Assembly: GCA_018653315.1 (NCBI GenBank)
Contig: JABIAL010000016.1
Span: 3,433-67,432 of the forward strand
Reading direction: 5' to 3'
Length of the DNA stretch: 64,000 nt
Origin: a bacterium
GTDB taxonomy: Bacteria > Patescibacteriota > Patescibacteriia > UBA1558 > GWA2-36-10
Positions 1-8,509 of this stretch are shown piece after piece (the stretch's first letter is position 1; each line of letters starts with the position of its first letter). A model generated the notes under the pieces. The model was not told the origin of the DNA and searched no databases. It saw only the letters and a list, made by a program, of their open reading frames with translations. The translations under genes and the position numbers were made by a program.

Positions 1-618
1 GCTGTTAATCAGCTGGATAATTATAAATTTGGTACCGTTGGTAAGGCTTTGGACTGCAATAAGGTAAAAATAGCAGAGAATAAAGAGATTATTGTTAGCG
101 GAGACAATGTAATGATGGGTTATTATGATAATCCAGAAGCAACAAAAGAGGTGATTAAAGATGGTTGGTTTTATACTGGTGATTTGGGCTTTATTGATGA
201 GGATGGTTTTTTGACTATTATTGGTAGAGCTAAAGATATCATTGTCTTATCGACAGGTAAGAATATATTTCCTGAGCCGATAGAAAATGCATTAAATGAA
301 AGCAAATATATTAATCAAAGTTTTGTTTATGGCGATAATGATAAGAATCTTTCAGTTTTAATAGTTCCTGATTTTGAAGAGTTAGCTATTTGGTCTCGTA
401 AAAATGATGTAGATTTTTCTTTACCAGATGCTTTAAAGAATAGCAAGGTTTTGATTCTGTATAAAAAGAAAATAGATAAGTGGTTGAAGGGTTTTTCTGA
501 GATTGAAAAAGTACAAAATTTTATTTTAGTTAGTGAGGAATTTAGTCAGGAGAATGGCTTATTGACTCCAACTTTAAAGTTGAGAAGAAAAATGATTAAA
601 GGTAAGTTTGATTTATGA
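1..618 (+). CDS. AMP-dependent synthetase/ligase (acyl-CoA synthetase-like), C-terminal part; 5' end lies outside the window
   Basis: Frame 1 is open from base 1. The translation contains the C-terminal AMP-binding motifs (GEI.V.G..VM.GY...PE.T......DGWFYTGDLG..DEDG.L.I.GR.KD.I...G.NI.P..IE) typical of acyl-CoA ligases. Confidence 0.75.
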   Translation, partial: AVNQLDNYKFGTVGKALDCNKVKIAENKEIIVSGDNVMMGYYDNPEATKEVIKDGWFYTGDLGFIDEDGFLTIIGRAKDIIVLSTGKNIFPEPIENALNESKYINQSFVYGDNDKNLSVLIVPDFEELAIWSRKNDVDFSLPDALKNSKVLILYKKKIDKWLKGFSEIEKVQNFILVSEEFSQENGLLTPTLKLRRKMIKGKFDL

Positions 619-639
619 TGATTTAATTAATTTTTAAAT

Positions 640-1332
640 ATGGGCATACAAAATATAAGTATTCTTATTATCAGTTCTCTTACCATATTGTTAGGATTTT
701 TGGTATTAAGAAAAAAATATAAAAATCCTGGTAATACATGGTATTTTTTAATGTGCCTTTTCGGTGGTGGTTGGGGAGTTATGAAAGCGATAGAGCTTTC
801 TTCAACGAGCGTCTATTGGCATGATTTTGTGTTTAAATTTGTTATGTTTTTTGGTATAATGGCACCATTGGCATATTTTATGTTAGCGTATAATTTTATT
901 TATAAAGTCAAAAATTTACCTAAAATATTATTATATTTCATATCTTCTGTTACTATAGTATTAGCTATTTTAAGTTTCGCGGGAGTATTAAAGTATGTTG
1001 ATGCTGCTATCATAGACGGTGTATTGTATAGAAATATTATTTTTTGGGATTATTTAATTTTTGTAGTTTACTTTTTTGTTTATGTATTCTTAGGACTTAT
1101 TATTTTGTTTAAAAAATATACCACAGCAGAAGGCACACATAAGAATCAATTTAGGTATTTAATAATCGGTACTGCTTTAACATTTTTGGTAACAGGCGTT
1201 GTAAGTGTAATTTTTTTATTGTTTAATAATTTTACATATGATTGGCTTGGCGCGATATTTTTGTCAATTCATTTATTGATTATTAGTCATTTTTTGTTTA
1301 TTAAACCAAAGATAGTCGCAAGTAGGGAGTGA
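640..1332 (+). CDS. polytopic membrane protein, standalone paralog of the N-terminal 7TM sensor domain of the downstream histidine kinase
   Basis: 230 aa with 6-7 hydrophobic helices. Blocks LGFLVLRKK, APLAYFMLAYNFIYK and LGLIILFKKYT...FRYLIIGTALTFL align with FGFFVLLKR, APLFLFFVFYFIYK and LGFILLIKKYT...IKYILIGTVISSL in the 2734..5547 protein. Confidence 0.6.
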   Translation: MGIQNISILIISSLTILLGFLVLRKKYKNPGNTWYFLMCLFGGGWGVMKAIELSSTSVYWHDFVFKFVMFFGIMAPLAYFMLAYNFIYKVKNLPKILLYFISSVTIVLAILSFAGVLKYVDAAIIDGVLYRNIIFWDYLIFVVYFFVYVFLGLIILFKKYTTAEGTHKNQFRYLIIGTALTFLVTGVVSVIFLLFNNFTYDWLGAIFLSIHLLIISHFLFIKPKIVASRE

Positions 1333-1338
1333 TATTTT

Positions 1339-2064
1339 ATGAAATATGAGTTAGAAGAAAAATTTTGGTTAAAGTATTTTAATGTTTATGATGCATTAGT
1401 TAATTTGATTCCTTACCAAAATGTTTTAGAAGACATTATATCTCTTTTGCCTAGTAAGAATTTAAAAATTTTAGAAACAGGATGTGGAACTGGTAATTTA
1501 ATTTTTTACATAGCTGATAATGTAAAGTATAAAAGATTAGTAGGAGTAGATTATTCTCTTGCGGCATTGACATTGGCTAATAAAAAAATAGAAAATAGAA
1601 AAAATATCATATTTAAATATGCTGACATAAGACAACATTTTGTATTTAAGGATGAAGAATTTGAAGTAATAGTTATGAATAATGTTTTGTATACATTGCC
1701 CGTTTCTAAGAGACAGGATTTAATACATGAAGTTTATAGGATGCTTAAACCAGGAGGTATTTTTATATTATCAAATATTAATATTCATTTTAAACCAATG
1801 TTGATATATAAAACACATATTTTAAAATCTATAAAAAAGAAAGGTTTCATTGTTACTATTACGCAGGTTTTTCAATTGATATATCCGACTGTAATGATTT
1901 TTTATTATAATTTTTTAATAAAAAAATCTAATAAGGGAGGTTTATATGATTTTATCAAACAAGGTGAACAGGCGGATTTATTGAGAAATAGTAAATTTAA
2001 AATAAATATTAATGATAAGCTAACTTATGCAGGAAGTGCATTTTTATCTAAAGGAACAAAATGA
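1339..2064 (+). CDS. class I SAM-dependent methyltransferase
   Basis: Motif I LETGCGTGNL, followed by a post-I acidic residue (VDYS) and motif II/III (LKPGGIFILS). The 241-aa length fits the family. Confidence 0.7.
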   Translation: MKYELEEKFWLKYFNVYDALVNLIPYQNVLEDIISLLPSKNLKILETGCGTGNLIFYIADNVKYKRLVGVDYSLAALTLANKKIENRKNIIFKYADIRQHFVFKDEEFEVIVMNNVLYTLPVSKRQDLIHEVYRMLKPGGIFILSNINIHFKPMLIYKTHILKSIKKKGFIVTITQVFQLIYPTVMIFYYNFLIKKSNKGGLYDFIKQGEQADLLRNSKFKININDKLTYAGSAFLSKGTK

Positions 2065-2747
2065 TTGTATTAAAAAAGTATAATGTTAATTGTCTTGGTA
2101 TAACAGACAATCTCTTAGTCTTTATTCCTAATACTTATATTGAAAAACAAAAAATGTATAAATTTCGATATAACGTTTATTTAAAAAAACATTATATTAC
2201 ACCAAACTTAGATATGTTGGATATAGATATTTATGACAAAGAAAATGGTGTAATATATATAAACGTATTTAGTGTTAAATTGAAAAAGATATTAGGTTCG
2301 GTAAGGATAATAACTAGACAAAATTTACCAATATTAAAAGATTGTTTTAATTTTAAAGAACCGCTTAGTATTAAATTATTTGCTAAACATAATATTGCTG
2401 AGTTGAGCCGCTTAATTATAATGCCATATACGAAAAATAAATTTTTACCTAGGCATTTAATATTAATCATTATGATAAAGGAGGTTTTACAGATACTTAA
2501 AGATAAAAAAATATTTTTTGTATATGCATTTATTAAAAGTAAATTATACTTTAAATTTAAAAAAATAAAATTGCCATTTTACAGCATCAAAAATTATAAT
2601 ATGAAATATAATGATGGTGTATTGAAAGAATATTTTAATCAAAAAAATGATCCGGTTTTACCTGTGTACTTTAATTATTTTTTTGTTAAATTATTTTTAG
2701 TACTTACATACGTAAAAATAAAAAAATATATAAATGTTATTGATTAA
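2061..2747 (+). CDS. GNAT-fold acyltransferase resembling autoinducer-synthase/FeeM-type N-acyl amino acid synthases (PF13444-like)
   Basis: The pattern F(R/K)YNVY...D.LD.D.YD......I.V......G.VRI.......LP.......F.......AELSRLII.PY matches the LuxI-like N-acyltransferase fold signature. The gene is translationally coupled to the MTase (ATGA overlap) and to the HK. Confidence 0.45.
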   Translation: MIVLKKYNVNCLGITDNLLVFIPNTYIEKQKMYKFRYNVYLKKHYITPNLDMLDIDIYDKENGVIYINVFSVKLKKILGSVRIITRQNLPILKDCFNFKEPLSIKLFAKHNIAELSRLIIMPYTKNKFLPRHLILIIMIKEVLQILKDKKIFFVYAFIKSKLYFKFKKIKLPFYSIKNYNMKYNDGVLKEYFNQKNDPVLPVYFNYFFVKLFLVLTYVKIKKYINVID

Positions 2748-5547
2748 TTTTTTATTACTAATTTCTTTTTTGATTAATCTTTTTTTTGGATTTTTTGTAT
2801 TATTAAAGAGAAAATCAGTAGATTATACCAGGTTAATTCTAGGCTTAATTTCAGTTGTAGTAGCCTTTTGGTGCCTTTCTTTATATCTTTATAGATTGAA
2901 TAGCGATGTTTTTCATATTGAATTGTGGGGTAAGATAGCACATATATTTGGTGCACTATTAGCACCATTGTTTTTATTTTTTGTATTTTATTTTATATAC
3001 AAGAATGTTATTAAGCGTATATTATTTAAAATAGTATTACCATCAATTTTATTTATTATAGTTGCTATATTATTATTGTTTACAGATTGGATCATAGGTG
3101 GTGGCTATGTGGTGAATAACGTTAATAATGTAGAATTATTTTTTGGATATTATATTTATATATTTTATTTGGTCATTCATTTTAATTTAGGTTTTATATT
3201 GTTAATAAAAAAATATACACATAGTAACGCATTAGAAAAAGAACAAATAAAATATATTTTAATAGGTACTGTTATTTCTTCATTGGGTGCTATAATTTTT
3301 GATTTAGTATATCCAATTTTTGTTGATTTTTCATTAAATTGGGTGGGTCCAGTTGTTACTATAACCATGGTAGTATCCATGGCATATGCTATCATTAGAT
3401 ATCGTTTAATGAATATTAAATTAATATTGGCACGTAGTATTCTTTATACCATTTTAGTTGGTACTGTGGCTAGTTTTTTTGCTTTTTTGCTTTTTTATAT
3501 TGGTCCGATATTATTTGGAGACACTAACAAAGGGCGTGTTATTAGCACTATTATTAGTTCTATTTTGATTGTTTTACTTTTGGATCCAATCAAGCGAGTT
3601 TGGGCAAAAATAACGGATAGTATTTTTTATAAAGATAAAATTAATTATCAACAAGTATTGCGTCATACTAGTGGTGTTATAGCCCGTGAGATTGATTTAG
3701 ATGATTTATTAGCTAATTTGACTAAGTTATTAGCTACAGAATTGAAGTTGAAACAAACCTTGGTGTTAATGCCAAGAGATAATAATTTCACTTTGATAGC
3801 GAGTTCAGCAGGAGTTAAATCACAGGTACAAATTACTAAACAGACCACTCAATATTTTGTTGATAACCATGGTTTTTTGATTACAGAAGAATTAATAAAA
3901 TTGCATGATGATTTTCATGATCAGAAAAAACAGCAGGAGTTAAATCATGTTATTCAGGAATTAGAACAAATTAAAGCAGAGATGGTGATTCCAATTGTTG
4001 AAGCAGATAAAACAGTAGCTTTGCTTGTTTTGGATCGTAAACTTTCTGGGGATATTTATGATAGTGCAGATATTGATTTTTTCAAGATTTTAGCTCCACA
4101 GATCGCTACGGCTATTGAGAAGTCTAAATTATATGAAGAAGTACAGGAATTAAACCGTGACTTACAAGCCAAGGTGGATGAGCGCACCAAGAGCTTAGAA
4201 CAGGCTAATGCAGATTTAGAATCGCGTAATCGTTATTTGACTACTATGCAGGTAATTCTAAATATGATTAGTCGTAGCTTAGATCTAAAAAAAGTTACCC
4301 AGATGATCGCCGATAGCATTGCTTCTGAGCTTGGCTATATTGGCGGTGTTTTAAGTTTTGTCAACGGCGATGGTAAATTACGAGTGAAGGCAGTAACACA
4401 GAATCATAAGGCCAAAACAGCTATAGATCTTTTGCCAGAAGATATATTTAAGTATAAAGCAGATTTAAAACATGGCTATAATCTAGGGGTGGATACTGTT
4501 TTGTCTGCTAAGATTAATTTTTCTCCCAAAATGACTGATTTTTTCTCACCGCCAGTTGATGAGGGAGTTATCGATAAAATTCAAGAACACCTTGGTGTAA
4601 AAACGATTATTGGCATTCCTATTTTTTCAGAAGATAAAATTATCGGTATTGTTCATTTTTTAGTCGCTGTAGAGAGAGAAAAAATTTCTTCTTTGGATAT
4701 TGAAATGATGACATCTTTGACCAATCAGGTAGGAATAGTTTCTCGTAATTTAGAGCTATACGAAAATTTACAAAAAGTAAATAAAGATTTACATGAAGCT
4801 AATACTCATCTAAAAGTTTTGGATAAAGCAAAGTCAGAATTTTTATCTATTGCCTCTCATCAATTACGTACGCCAATTTCCGCTATTAAAGGCTATCTAT
4901 CTATGATGATTGATGGTGATTTTGGTAAGATTCCAAATAATATCAGCAAATTAATTAGTGATTTATTTGAAAGTGCTTCTCGTTTAGCTAGAACTATTAA
5001 TGTCTTTTTAAATGTTTCTCGTATTGAAGCTGGACGTTTAAAATTAGATAAACATGCTGTGCAAATCGATACTATGGTTACTAGCGTTATCACTGAATTA
5101 CAAAATGCAGCTATTAATAAAGGCATTAAATTGAGTTATATAAAATCAAAGCAAGAAGTTCCCTTGATTTATGCAGATAATGATAAATTGCGAGAAGTAG
5201 TTTTGAATTTAATAGACAATGCTATTAAATATACTCCAAAAGGGTCAATAGAAGTTTTTTTAGAATTTAATGAGCAAGTTTTGACTTTTATTTCTCGTGA
5301 TACAGGCATTGGTATTCACACAGAAGAAGCACGGACTTTGTTTAGAAAATTTGTGCGTGGTGACGGAGTAGCTCAAATTCATACTGGCGGTTCTGGTTTA
5401 GGTTTATTTATTGCTCAGAAGATAGTCAAAGAGCATGATGGTCGTATTTGGGTAGAAAGCGAAGGCAAAGGTAAGGGTAGTGTTTTTAAATTTGAAGTAC
5501 CAATAGCAACTGAAAAGCAAATAGCTGACGCATCAGCCGAAGAATAA
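2734..5547 (+). CDS. sensor histidine kinase: N-terminal 7TM sensor domain, GAF domains, HisKA and HATPase_c
   Basis: Multi-TM N-terminus; H-box SHQLRTPISAIKGY; N-box LIDNAIKYT; G1 DTGIGI; G2 GGSGLGL. No response regulator gene lies adjacent. Confidence 0.85.
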   Translation: MLLINFLLLISFLINLFFGFFVLLKRKSVDYTRLILGLISVVVAFWCLSLYLYRLNSDVFHIELWGKIAHIFGALLAPLFLFFVFYFIYKNVIKRILFKIVLPSILFIIVAILLLFTDWIIGGGYVVNNVNNVELFFGYYIYIFYLVIHFNLGFILLIKKYTHSNALEKEQIKYILIGTVISSLGAIIFDLVYPIFVDFSLNWVGPVVTITMVVSMAYAIIRYRLMNIKLILARSILYTILVGTVASFFAFLLFYIGPILFGDTNKGRVISTIISSILIVLLLDPIKRVWAKITDSIFYKDKINYQQVLRHTSGVIAREIDLDDLLANLTKLLATELKLKQTLVLMPRDNNFTLIASSAGVKSQVQITKQTTQYFVDNHGFLITEELIKLHDDFHDQKKQQELNHVIQELEQIKAEMVIPIVEADKTVALLVLDRKLSGDIYDSADIDFFKILAPQIATAIEKSKLYEEVQELNRDLQAKVDERTKSLEQANADLESRNRYLTTMQVILNMISRSLDLKKVTQMIADSIASELGYIGGVLSFVNGDGKLRVKAVTQNHKAKTAIDLLPEDIFKYKADLKHGYNLGVDTVLSAKINFSPKMTDFFSPPVDEGVIDKIQEHLGVKTIIGIPIFSEDKIIGIVHFLVAVEREKISSLDIEMMTSLTNQVGIVSRNLELYENLQKVNKDLHEANTHLKVLDKAKSEFLSIASHQLRTPISAIKGYLSMMIDGDFGKIPNNISKLISDLFESASRLARTINVFLNVSRIEAGRLKLDKHAVQIDTMVTSVITELQNAAINKGIKLSYIKSKQEVPLIYADNDKLREVVLNLIDNAIKYTPKGSIEVFLEFNEQVLTFISRDTGIGIHTEEARTLFRKFVRGDGVAQIHTGGSGLGLFIAQKIVKEHDGRIWVESEGKGKGSVFKFEVPIATEKQIADASAEE

Positions 5548-5561
5548 TAGTTTTAAAATAA

Positions 5562-5607
5562 AAACCACGTAGTCTTATTTGATAAGATTTACGTGGTTTT
5601 TTGTTAT
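5562..5607 (+). terminator. intrinsic terminator after the histidine kinase gene
   Basis: Stem aaaccacgta / tacgtggttt with an inner tctta/taaga stem, followed by tttttgtt. Confidence 0.6.
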
Positions 5608-5627
5608 TATTTATGCACAATTTATCT

Positions 5628-5656
5628 TTGTTTTTGGGCGTTAGTTATGTTATAAT
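5628..5656 (+). promoter_or_regulatory. sigma70-like promoter with extended -10 (TGtTATAAT) for the 5683 gene / pgk-eno-gpm operon
   Basis: -35-like ttgttt at 5628-5633, a 17-nt spacer, and tg-t-tataat at 5648-5656. Confidence 0.45.
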
Positions 5657-5682
5657 AGCATTAATAATTATATAAATTTTTT

Positions 5683-6057
5683 ATGAAAACTAGCAATTCA
5701 ATTTGGCTGTTTCTTTTGATTTTTGTCTTTGTTATTGGTCTTTTTTTATTTTTAAATAAATCTACTGTCCAAGATAAAACACAGCTAACGCTAGCTGATG
5801 TATCTGAGTGTCAATCAGAGAAGATTGAAATATCTGTTTGGCAATTACCTGCTAATACGATTTTACTTAATACTTTTATTAGTTTTAAAAGTTTTCCTTT
5901 GGCTGAAGAATTAAAAGATAAGATAACTAATTGGGGGATCGCCTTAGATGAAAATTCTTTAATTTTTGATTATCTATGGGCCAGTATTCCAGTTGAACAT
6001 TTATGTGATTTAGTAGAATTAGATGAAGTTACTTCTGTTTTTACTTTAAATAAATAA
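5683..6057 (+). CDS. hypothetical membrane-anchored/secreted small protein
   Basis: 124-aa ORF with an N-terminal hydrophobic segment (IWLFLLIFVFVIGLFLFL). It sits directly upstream of pgk. Confidence 0.5.
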   Translation: MKTSNSIWLFLLIFVFVIGLFLFLNKSTVQDKTQLTLADVSECQSEKIEISVWQLPANTILLNTFISFKSFPLAEELKDKITNWGIALDENSLIFDYLWASIPVEHLCDLVELDEVTSVFTLNK

Positions 6058-6058
6058 G

Positions 6059-7222
6059 ATGAAACTAAAAAGTATCAAACAAATCAAAAATCTTAAAGCT
6101 AAGCGAATTTTATTACGCTTGGATTTAAATGTGCCGATTAAAAAAGGAAAGATCAGACAAGCAGACACTTGGCGTTTAGAGCAAGCTGTCTCGACTATAA
6201 ATTATTTGGCTAATAAGGGGGCTAAGGTTATTATTTTGGCTCACTTGGGTCGTCCAAATGGAAAGAAAATTAGAGCACTTTCTCTGCGTCCAGTGGCAGA
6301 ATATTTATCCAAATTAACTGGCCGGGCAATTAATTTATGGACAGAAGATTTAACAAATTATCAGACGGCTAGTCAAGAATTAGCAGTTGGTCAAGTCGTG
6401 ATGTTGGAAAATATTCGTTTTCATCCACGGGAAAAGAAAAATTGTAAACGTTTGGCTAAGACGCTTAGTAAATTAGCAGATATTTATGTTAACGATGCTT
6501 TTGGTAATGTACATCGTCAAGATACTTCAATGCTTGCTATTACTGAATTTTTACCTAGTTACGCTGGTTTGAGATTAATAGAAGAGATTAAGCAGTTGAC
6601 TAATATTTTACAAACTAAAAAAGGTTTAATTCTTTTATTGGGTGGTGCTAAAGTAGCTACTAAAATTGAATTATTAAAAAAATTTATTAGGAAAGCAGAC
6701 CATGTTTTGTTAGGCGGTATGCTGGCAAATACTTTTTTAGTAGCTCGAGGATATGATTTAGGGCATTCTTTATTAAACAAAGAAGAGCTAATAGTAGCTA
6801 AAAAGTTGACCAGTAAGAAATTAGTTTTACCTTTAGATGCAACTATGGCCAATAGCTTGCAAGCTAAGAAGTGTTTTATAGCTGATATTGATCAGATACC
6901 TGCTAAAATGATGGCTGTAGACATTGGTCCTAAAACATTACTTGAGTATAGTAAGATTTTAGCTAAGGCTAAAGTAGTGGTTTGGAACGGTCCTTTGGGT
7001 TATTTTGAAAATGATAAAGTTATAGATAATTCTGTAAAATTAGCCAAAAAATTAAGTAAGATAAAAGCCAAAACTATTGTTGGTGGCGGAGAGACAGTAG
7101 CCATGATTAGTCGTTTTGGTTTACGTCAAAAATTTGATTTTGTCTCTACTGGTGGTGGATCAATGATAGCTTTTTTAGAGGGACACAAATTACCGGTGTT
7201 AGAAAAATTAAAAATTAAATAA
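6059..7222 (+). CDS. pgk: phosphoglycerate kinase
   Basis: RLDLNVP N-terminal motif, a glycine-rich C-terminal domain (GGGETVA...GGGS), and a 387-aa length. Confidence 0.9.
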   Translation: MKLKSIKQIKNLKAKRILLRLDLNVPIKKGKIRQADTWRLEQAVSTINYLANKGAKVIILAHLGRPNGKKIRALSLRPVAEYLSKLTGRAINLWTEDLTNYQTASQELAVGQVVMLENIRFHPREKKNCKRLAKTLSKLADIYVNDAFGNVHRQDTSMLAITEFLPSYAGLRLIEEIKQLTNILQTKKGLILLLGGAKVATKIELLKKFIRKADHVLLGGMLANTFLVARGYDLGHSLLNKEELIVAKKLTSKKLVLPLDATMANSLQAKKCFIADIDQIPAKMMAVDIGPKTLLEYSKILAKAKVVVWNGPLGYFENDKVIDNSVKLAKKLSKIKAKTIVGGGETVAMISRFGLRQKFDFVSTGGGSMIAFLEGHKLPVLEKLKIK

Positions 7223-7236
7223 CATTTTTAGTGTGT

Positions 7237-8508
7237 ATGCCAGATAAAATAAAAAAAATAACGGCTTTAGAAATATTAGATTCACGTGGTGAACCAACTT
7301 TGCAAGTAGAAGTAGAATTATCCAATGGAACAATTGGACAGGCTTCCGTGCCATCTGGTGCTTCAACCGGACGTTTTGAGGCCTACGAATTAAGAGATGA
7401 CGATGCTTTTCGTTATGGTGGAAAAGGCGTTTTGAAGGCTGTGGATAATGTAAATAAAATTTTAAATAAAGAGCTCAATGGCTTACGAGTGGTAGAACAA
7501 AAACAAATTGATGACTTAATGCTTAGTATAGACGGCACTAAAAATAAGAGTAAATTAGGAGCAAATGCTATTTTAGGTGTTTCTCTAGCAGTAGCTCATA
7601 CTGCTGCTAAGTCAACTGGACAACCGTTATATAAATATTTACGTCAGCTTTATAAGCCAGAATTAAAAACATATAATTTACCAACGCCGGTTGTTAATGT
7701 TATTAATGGTGGTAAACATGCTAGTACTAATATTGATTTGCAAGAATTTTGGATCGTACCTCATAAAGCAACTAAGTTTAAAGATAAATTACAGCAGGCT
7801 AGTAATATTTTTCATGCTTTAGGTGAATTATTACATTCAGTTGGCTATGATACTGATTTAGGCAATGAAGGTGGTTATGCACCAAATGTAAAATCACATC
7901 GCGAGATTTTTGATATGATTATGCAGGCAATAAATTCAGCGGGGCTTGAACCGGACAAGGATATTATTCTAGGAATTGACGCTGGTGCTTCAGTATTTTA
8001 TAACGCAGAAACAAAAACTTACGATCTTAATTTAGATAAATTAAGCATGAGCAGTGAAGAGATGGTTGATTATTATTTGGATCTAATAACAGAATATCCA
8101 TTAAGACTTTTGGAAGATCCATTTGAGGAAGAAGATTGGGCTACTTGGACTTTATTGAATAAAAATTCATTGATTAAGGATTATAAAATTAAAGTGATTG
8201 GTGATGATTTATTTGTTACGAATGTAAAACGTTTACAAAAAGGTTTGGAATTACAAGCAGCTAATTCTATTTTGATTAAACCAAACCAAATTGGTACATT
8301 ATCTGAGACTTTTGATGCTATTCGTTTGGCCCAGGATAATGATTACCAGATAATTATTTCTCATCGTAGTGGCGAGACAACTGATACGACTATTGCTGAT
8401 TTAGCTGTAGCAGTTGATGCTCAGTTTATTAAAACAGGTTCTACAGCTAGAGGTGAGAGGATCGCCAAATACAATCGTTTATTAAAAATTGAAGAAGATT
8501 TAAAATAA
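7237..8508 (+). CDS. eno: enolase (phosphopyruvate hydratase)
   Basis: MPDKIKKITALEILDSRGEPTLQVEV N-terminus and the SHRSGETTDTTIADLAV motif. The ATG at 7237 is preferred over the GTG at 7231. Confidence 0.93.
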   Translation: MPDKIKKITALEILDSRGEPTLQVEVELSNGTIGQASVPSGASTGRFEAYELRDDDAFRYGGKGVLKAVDNVNKILNKELNGLRVVEQKQIDDLMLSIDGTKNKSKLGANAILGVSLAVAHTAAKSTGQPLYKYLRQLYKPELKTYNLPTPVVNVINGGKHASTNIDLQEFWIVPHKATKFKDKLQQASNIFHALGELLHSVGYDTDLGNEGGYAPNVKSHREIFDMIMQAINSAGLEPDKDIILGIDAGASVFYNAETKTYDLNLDKLSMSSEEMVDYYLDLITEYPLRLLEDPFEEEDWATWTLLNKNSLIKDYKIKVIGDDLFVTNVKRLQKGLELQAANSILIKPNQIGTLSETFDAIRLAQDNDYQIIISHRSGETTDTTIADLAVAVDAQFIKTGSTARGERIAKYNRLLKIEEDLK

Positions 8509-8509
8509 C

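Noticed and set aside
2231-2470. Short antisense ORFs inside large genes (for example 2231..2470, 2774..2968, 3177..3395, 6559..6852, 38393..38785, 39404..39808, 18973..19236, 27393..27638)
   Set aside because: They are fully embedded antisense to well-supported CDSs and have no RBS. In AT-rich DNA long random frames without stops are expected.
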